Shown piece after piece: positions 58,555 to 64,000 of a stretch of DNA of 64,000 nt. Each line of letters opens with the position of its first letter. Position 1 is the first letter of the stretch. Source of the DNA: Planctomycetota bacterium (GTDB lineage: Bacteria; Planctomycetota; DG-23; JAZDKG01); NCBI GenBank assembly GCA_043803205.1, contig JAZDKG010000073.1:2129-66128 (forward strand), in the 5' to 3' direction. The notes beneath the pieces were generated by a model. It did not search any database. It was not told the DNA's origin and worked only from the letters and a program-made list of their open reading frames with translations. Both the position numbers and the translations under genes were made by a program.

Positions 58555-61500
58555 TCATGCCTCAATGCGGAATTCATCGTACGGAAGGCCGGCGAGCTTC
58601 TGGAAATAGAGGTAATTTCGCCGGACGGCGCGACGCGCTTCCTCGAAAAGCGTGCGCGCGATCTCGGGCTGCTCGATCTCCAGGGACTTGAACCGCCTCT
58701 CCTGTCGGATGAGTTCACCCACCTCCGCGGTCGGAGCGCCGCTGTCGAGCTCAAGTGGATTCAACCCCTGGTCCATCCGTCGAGGGTCAAAGCGGAAGAG
58801 CGGCCACAGACCGCAGTCGACCGCTAGCTTCATGTGCTCGGGACCGAGGTTGAGAGGGTACCCGTGCTCGATGCAGGGGGCGTAGGCGATCACGAGCGAC
58901 GGCCCGGGATAGGCGGCGGCCTCCTGCACCGCCTTGAGCGTCTGGGCGGGATTCGCCCCGTAGGCGATCTGCGCAACGTAGGCGGTCTTGTAGGTCATGG
59001 CGATGAGGCCCAGTTCCTTCTTTGGGGTGCGTTTCCCGGTGGCTGCGAACTTGGCGATTGCGCCCATGGGGGTCGCCTTGGAGCACTGTCCTCCGGTGTT
59101 GGAGTAGACGCCCGTATCGAGCACGAGGATGTTGACGTTGTCGAGGCCCGCTAGGACGTGGTCGAGTCCTCCGAAGCCGATGTCGTACGCCCATCCGTCG
59201 CCGCCGAGGATCCAGACGATCTTCTCGAGGAGATGGCTCGAGAGGCTGGCGAGACTCTCGATGTGCCCGCGCAGCGCGTCGGGAAGCTTCTTCCCGCCCA
59301 CGCCGGCCAGAGCGCGATCAAGCGCGATCACCGCGTCTCGGAGGGCCTTTCCGTTCTTGCCGGCGGCGGCCTGCGCCGCTCGCGCGGCCGTCAGGATCTC
59401 GCCCGACGCCTTCTCCTTTTCGAGCGCGTCGATCGCTTGTGAGAGCGCCGCCCAGGCGCTCTCGCGCAGCTTGTCCGCCGCCAACCGTATCCCCAGGCCG
59501 AACTCCGCGTTGTCCTCGAAAAGCGACGACTGCCACGAAACGCCCTCCCCTTCCCCGTTCTTGCAGTAGGGGACGACGGGCATGGTACCGCCGTAGATGG
59601 AGGAGCACCCCGTGGCGTTGGCGATGTAGAGCCGGCCTCCGAAAAGCTGCGTGACGAGACGAACGTAGGGCGTCTCCCCGCAGCCCGCGCAGGCGCCTGG
59701 AAACTCGAAGAAGACCGGACGGAACTGCACGTCCTTGAAGCGGGAAGGATTGAGGAGCGACTCATCCGTCTCGGGAAGGGCCAGGAACGCGCTCCACGAG
59801 CGGCGTAGCTTCTCCTGGATCACCTCCTTGGGGCGCATGGTGATGGCCTTCTTCCCCGTCGGCTTCTTGGTCGCGGGGTCCTTCTCCTTGCCGGGACACA
59901 CCTCCGCGCATGCGCCGCAGCCCGTGCAGTCGTCGGGCGCGACCTGGATTCGGAAGTGCATCGGCTCGCTCCCCTTGTACCCCCGGGCGGGAAGCGTCGC
60001 GAACTCGTCGGCGGGAAGCTCGAGCTTCTCAAGGTCGCTCTCGGCGATGAGCTTCGGGCGGATCGTCGAATGCGGACACATGAAACTGCACATGTTGCAC
60101 TGGATGCAGAGGGAAGGATTCCACTCGGGGAGTCGGATGGCGATGTTCCGGTGTTCCAGCCGCGCCGTGTTGAGCGGGATGGCGCCGTTCACGGGGACCG
60201 CGCTCACCGGGACCGTGTCCCCGCGGTTCTGCATGACGGGCAGCACCACGTTCTCGATGAAACGCGCGTCGGGCGAGCTGCGGTCATATTCGACGCGGAA
60301 GGGCTTGACGTCCGACGGCACGGGCGCCGACGGGACCTTGACCGGGAAGATCCGCTCGAGCGCCAGCTCCATGGCGCGGATGTTCTGGGCCACGATCTCG
60401 CCGCCTTTGCTCCCGTAGGTCTTCTCGATGGCGTCGCGGATCGCCGGAACGAACTTCTCGCGCGGCAGCACCTTGGCGATCTCGAAGAAGGCGGTCTGCA
60501 TGGCGATGTTGATCCTGCCGCGCAGGCCCACCTCCTCGCTGATGGCGGTGCCGTTGATTCCGAAGACCTTGAGCTTCTTCTCGATAATCGTCCGCTGCGT
60601 CTCCTCGACGAGGCCGGAGAAGACCTCGCCCGGCTTGGCCGTCGTGTTGAGGAGAAGCGTCGCCCCCTCCTCGATCCCCTCGAGCACGTCGTAGCGGCTG
60701 AGGAACGAGGGGTTGTGCACCGCGACGAAGTTCGGACGCTGTATGAGGTAGGTCTGCCTGATCGGCTCCTTCGAGAAACGCAGGTGGCTGATCGTGATGG
60801 CGCCCGCCTTCTTGGAGTCGTAGACGAAGTAGCCCTGGGCGTAGAGGTCGGTGTTCTCCCCGATGATCTTGATCGAGTTCTTGTTCGCGCCGACCGTCCC
60901 GTCCGCGCCGAGGCCGAAGAACTTGCCCTTGAAAGCGTCCGCGTTCTCCGCGTCGATCTCCGTGCAGTCCAGGGACCGATGCGTGATGTCGTCGTTGATC
61001 CCGAGCGTGAACCCGGTCCACACCCGCGCCCCGGATTTGGACATGCCCGCTAGGTGCCGGAAGGCCGCCGCCACCATCCCGGGGGTGAACTCCTTGGACC
61101 CCAGGCCGTAGCGCCCCCCGATGACGAGGGGGAGGGAGGGGATGCGGGGGTAGCCCTCCATTCCGCTGACCGCGTGGGCTAACGCGGCCTGCACGTCGAG
61201 GCAGAGGGGCTCGGCGGGGGCGCCGGGCTCCTTGGTGCGGTCGAGGACGGCGATCCGGCGCACCGTCGGCGGGAGCGCCTTTACGAGCGCGCCGCCGTCC
61301 ATCGGACGGTAGAGCCGCACCTTGAGCAACCCCACGCGCGCGCCGTTCTTCGCGTTGAGGATCTCGACGGTCTTCTCCGCCGTGTCAGCGCTCGAGCCCA
61401 TGAGAACGATGACGTCCTGGGCGTCGGCGGCTCCGAAATACTCATAGCTCGAGTACGACCGGCCCGTGAGTTCCCGGAAGCGCCGGCAGGCTTCCTCGAA

Positions 61501-62247
61501 GGCCGCCGGGGCGGCGTCGTAGTAGGGGTTTACCGTCTCCCGCCCCTGGAAGTAGATGTCCGGGTTCTGCGCGGTGCCGCGAAGGTCCGCCCGATGAGGG
61601 TCCAGCGCCCGCAGACGACAGGCCCGGATGTCCTCTGGATCAAGGTAGTCCCGGAAGAACTCGCGCGGGAGCTCGCGGATCTTGCGGATCTCGTGCGACG
61701 TGCGGAAGCCGTCGAAGAAGTGGATGAAGGGGATGCGCGACTTGAGGGACGCGCGCAGCGTGATCGCCGCAATGTCCATCACCTCCTGCGGGTTGGCGCT
61801 GACGGAAAGGCCGAAGCCCGTCCCGCGCACGGCCATCACGTCGCTGTGGTCGCCGAAGATGGACAGACCCTGCGCGCTCAGCGCGCGGGCGGACACTTGG
61901 AAGACGGTTGGGGTGAGTTCCCCGGCGATCTTGTACATGTTCGGGATCATGAGGAGGAGGCCCTGGGAGGCCGTGAAGGTCGCGGCCTGCGCCCCGGCGG
62001 TGAGCGCACCGTGAATGGTGCCCGCGGCCCCCGCCTCCGACTGGAGCTCCACCACCCGCGGGACGTTCCCGAAGAGGTTGGTCTCCTTCACCGCCGCGCG
62101 GGCGTCGGCGGACTCCCCCATGGGCGACGACGGCGTGATCGGATAGAGGGCCACCACCTCGCTGTTCAAATACGCCACATAGGAGGCGGCGTCGTTGCCG
62201 TCCACGGTGATGACGGGGGCGTCCTGATACGGAAAACGGGATTTCAT
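58555..62247 (-). CDS. Pyruvate:ferredoxin (flavodoxin) oxidoreductase, single-polypeptide type
   Basis: A 1230-aa protein with PFOR domains I-VII: two [4Fe-4S] ferredoxin motifs (CIQCNMCSFMCP, CTGCGACAEVCP) and a TPP-binding domain (GGDGWAYDIGFGG). ATG 62247 comes after the RBS ggag. The track ORF is extended artefactually upstream. Confidence 0.95.
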   Translation of the reverse strand: MKSRFPYQDAPVITVDGNDAASYVAYLNSEVVALYPITPSSPMGESADARAAVKETNLFGNVPRVVELQSEAGAAGTIHGALTAGAQAATFTASQGLLLMIPNMYKIAGELTPTVFQVSARALSAQGLSIFGDHSDVMAVRGTGFGLSVSANPQEVMDIAAITLRASLKSRIPFIHFFDGFRTSHEIRKIRELPREFFRDYLDPEDIRACRLRALDPHRADLRGTAQNPDIYFQGRETVNPYYDAAPAAFEEACRRFRELTGRSYSSYEYFGAADAQDVIVLMGSSADTAEKTVEILNAKNGARVGLLKVRLYRPMDGGALVKALPPTVRRIAVLDRTKEPGAPAEPLCLDVQAALAHAVSGMEGYPRIPSLPLVIGGRYGLGSKEFTPGMVAAAFRHLAGMSKSGARVWTGFTLGINDDITHRSLDCTEIDAENADAFKGKFFGLGADGTVGANKNSIKIIGENTDLYAQGYFVYDSKKAGAITISHLRFSKEPIRQTYLIQRPNFVAVHNPSFLSRYDVLEGIEEGATLLLNTTAKPGEVFSGLVEETQRTIIEKKLKVFGINGTAISEEVGLRGRINIAMQTAFFEIAKVLPREKFVPAIRDAIEKTYGSKGGEIVAQNIRAMELALERIFPVKVPSAPVPSDVKPFRVEYDRSSPDARFIENVVLPVMQNRGDTVPVSAVPVNGAIPLNTARLEHRNIAIRLPEWNPSLCIQCNMCSFMCPHSTIRPKLIAESDLEKLELPADEFATLPARGYKGSEPMHFRIQVAPDDCTGCGACAEVCPGKEKDPATKKPTGKKAITMRPKEVIQEKLRRSWSAFLALPETDESLLNPSRFKDVQFRPVFFEFPGACAGCGETPYVRLVTQLFGGRLYIANATGCSSIYGGTMPVVPYCKNGEGEGVSWQSSLFEDNAEFGLGIRLAADKLRESAWAALSQAIDALEKEKASGEILTAARAAQAAAGKNGKALRDAVIALDRALAGVGGKKLPDALRGHIESLASLSSHLLEKIVWILGGDGWAYDIGFGGLDHVLAGLDNVNILVLDTGVYSNTGGQCSKATPMGAIAKFAATGKRTPKKELGLIAMTYKTAYVAQIAYGANPAQTLKAVQEAAAYPGPSLVIAYAPCIEHGYPLNLGPEHMKLAVDCGLWPLFRFDPRRMDQGLNPLELDSGAPTAEVGELIRQERRFKSLEIEQPEIARTLFEEARRAVRRNYLYFQKLAGLPYDEFRIEA

Positions 62248-62281
62248 TGCTTCGCTCCGTGCGAAAAAAATGGGAAGTCCG

Positions 62282-62779
62282 CTAAAGCTGGGGACGCGCC
62301 TCTGGAGGCTCCTCGTAGAGAACGAGCAGCTTTCTGAGGAGCCGATCGAGATAAGCGCGGTGCTTCGACTCCTGGTCGCACAGGTAGGAGAAGACGATCC
62401 GGCCGGCCTCGCTTTTCGTCTTCTTGCGGGCGTCCTCATAGAGGGCGAGGCTCTGGATTTCGAGATCGAGCGCGCGCTGGACGACGGTGGTCTCGTCGGT
62501 GTGGGGCTGGATGGCCTGTCGGACACTCTCGAGGGCGGCGCCGAAGCGCTTCCAGACGCCGGCAAGCTCCGAGGCGTCCGGGAGGGCCACGCGCACGCCT
62601 TTCGGGGCGTTCCGGCTGTACTCGGCAAGGATCTCCATATGGCCCTGTTCCTCGCGGGATAGCTGCTCGAGGGCTTCCTTGGCGTATCGCGCGACCGGCC
62701 CACGGGAGATCTGGCGGTAGTAGTCGCGCGATAGGCGCTCAAGGTCGATCGCGCGCTGGATCAGGTCCGTCTCGGGCAT
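62282..62779 (-). CDS. Rubrerythrin/ferritin-like diiron domain protein
   Basis: Two ExxH motifs in helical context (EEQGHMEIL, QESKHRAYL). About 165 aa. Adjacent to PFOR. Confidence 0.6.
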   Translation of the reverse strand: MPETDLIQRAIDLERLSRDYYRQISRGPVARYAKEALEQLSREEQGHMEILAEYSRNAPKGVRVALPDASELAGVWKRFGAALESVRQAIQPHTDETTVVQRALDLEIQSLALYEDARKKTKSEAGRIVFSYLCDQESKHRAYLDRLLRKLLVLYEEPPEARPQL

Positions 62780-63071
62780 GGGCCACCTCCGGTGAGGAAA
62801 AACGGGCACGACTCGCAACCATTATAAGCGCCCGGCGTCGAGGAGGGGAGAAGAACTTTACCCCGCCGCGTCGGCGCCCAGCGCCCCAAGGGGCTCTAAC
62901 AGAACCAGGTGCGAGTCGCGTTGCGAGCGCGACGGCGTCGGATGCAAGGCGCGACGAGGAGGCATATCAAGAGAAGGATATGGCGACGAGGAGTAACACA
63001 GCAGCCGACGCTGTCCCGCCGCAACCCGAAGGGACGCGCGCAGTTCCACCTCATCTTGTGCTTCCTCCTTC

Positions 63072-64000
63072 TCAAAGCGTCGCGGCCGTGCCTGGTTCTG
63101 CTAGAGCCCCTAAGAGAGAGGCCACCTCGAAGAGCGCGCGCGGAAGATGGAAGCACCCCTTCCAGCGGTTCCCCTTGCAGCGGTTGTTGACCTCCCCGCG
63201 ACGATTGAGATACCCGAACCACTCGCCGAACTCGCCGTCGGGATACCGCTTCCAGGCGTAATCGTGGACCCTGCCGAACCATCGCAGCAGGACCTCCTCT
63301 CCGGTGAGACGATAGCCCAAGAGGAGCGCAATGAGGGTCTCAAGATGAGCCCACCACAGCTTCATGTCCCACTGGAGTTCGATGTGCGGACGTCCGTCGA
63401 CGTCCATGAAGTAGAAGATCCCTTCGTGCTCCGCGTCCCAGCCGAATTCCAGGAGGGAGAGCGTCACCTCGCAGGCGCGCTGGATTGTGCGTCGATCCCC
63501 TGTCCGCTCGGCGGCGCGCATGATGAACCACATCGCTTCGATCCCGTGTCCGGGCGTCACCTGCCTGCCGAGGAGCGTATCGGGATGCTCCCCCCCGGGA
63601 CCCGCGTTCTCAAAAACGATGTTCCGCGAGCCGTCCAGGAAGTCCGACATGATCTCCCGCATGGAGGACTCGATGAGCGCGTCGAAGCGGGACTCCGGAC
63701 GGATCCGCGAAAGCACGAGCCCCAGACACACGTCCATCATGGGAAGCGCGAGGTTCCTCATCTTCGGCGCCGCCGGAAGACGCTTGTTGTATCGTCCCTT
63801 CGGGTCGGCCTTGCGCGCCTGGATCCGCTCGAACGTCCGCCGGGAGATCTCCATCGCCTCCTCGTCCCCCGCCGCTAAGCCGTACTCGGCAAACCCCATC
63901 GCGGCGAAGTAGTCCGAGAAGATGTTATAGGCCGCGACGATGGGGCGGCCTTCGCGGTTAAGCGCGAAATACCAGTCCCCGTTCTCGTCCCGTCCGTGTT
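63072..64000 (-). CDS. N-acylglucosamine 2-epimerase (AGE) superfamily protein, 5' portion beyond window end
   Basis: (alpha/alpha)6-barrel AGE-family blocks (WWAHLETLIALLLGY, FGEWFGYLNRRGEV). The reading frame continues in frame through position 64000, so the N-terminus lies outside the window. Confidence 0.75.
   Translation of the reverse strand, partial: HGRDENGDWYFALNREGRPIVAAYNIFSDYFAAMGFAEYGLAAGDEEAMEISRRTFERIQARKADPKGRYNKRLPAAPKMRNLALPMMDVCLGLVLSRIRPESRFDALIESSMREIMSDFLDGSRNIVFENAGPGGEHPDTLLGRQVTPGHGIEAMWFIMRAAERTGDRRTIQRACEVTLSLLEFGWDAEHEGIFYFMDVDGRPHIELQWDMKLWWAHLETLIALLLGYRLTGEEVLLRWFGRVHDYAWKRYPDGEFGEWFGYLNRRGEVNNRCKGNRWKGCFHLPRALFEVASLLGALAEPGTAATL

Overview
This is a high-GC (~68%) bacterial chromosomal segment, mostly core and envelope genes, with no phage genes, integrases or CRISPR arrays visible.

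**Housekeeping content.**
- A cmk-plsC-ispH-rpsA-sigma70-apt string at 2.9-8.5 kb.
- A chaperone cluster at 15.6-21.9 kb: groEL, groES, a second groEL, dnaJ, grpE and an FmdB zinc ribbon protein.
- mfd and surA on the minus strand at 43.4-47.7 kb.
- A single-polypeptide pyruvate:ferredoxin oxidoreductase next to a rubrerythrin-like protein near the 3' end, suggesting an anaerobic lifestyle.
- Glycan-handling genes: a 1246-aa secreted GH/CBM protein, a BNR sialidase-like propeller, two Gfo/Idh/MocA oxidoreductases, uxaC, an AGE-family epimerase and a parallel beta-helix protein.
- Three scattered paralogs of uroporphyrinogen-decarboxylase-family (MtaA-like) proteins.

**Most notable observations.**
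1. A pair of ~280-290 bp elements bounded by ~25-bp terminal inverted repeats (MITE-like), at 19399-19688 and inverted at 47734-48009. Each sits immediately upstream of a gene start (dnaJ; DUF502), and the copies share a conserved ~50-nt core.
2. A short hairpin-containing repeat family present inside the coding sequence of an EF-hand/DUF3106 repeat protein, in the sigma-apt intergenic gap, and inside one MITE copy.
3. An eleven-gene co-directional minus-strand run at 32.0-40.7 kb: mazG-like, sppA, an ECF sigma, an anti-sigma, a secreted protein, a TPR-like anchored protein, a DUF1573 protein, a degenerate metallophosphatase domain fused to a tetraheme c-type cytochrome, a TPR protein and a secreted hypothetical.
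4. A near-consensus promoter (TTGACT-N17-TATAGT) driving a strong RBS and a 19-aa Cys/Lys-rich micro-ORF, followed by a ~190-nt leader ahead of one URO-D paralog.
5. An unusual groEL-groES-groEL arrangement with no CIRCE operator, and a 735-bp non-coding leader carrying TGTCA..TGACA palindromes.
6. A full-length M42 aminopeptidase homolog in which all metal-ligand motifs are replaced.
7. A sigma-70 gene with no canonical start codon.

The first ~300 nt of the window is markedly lower in GC than the rest.
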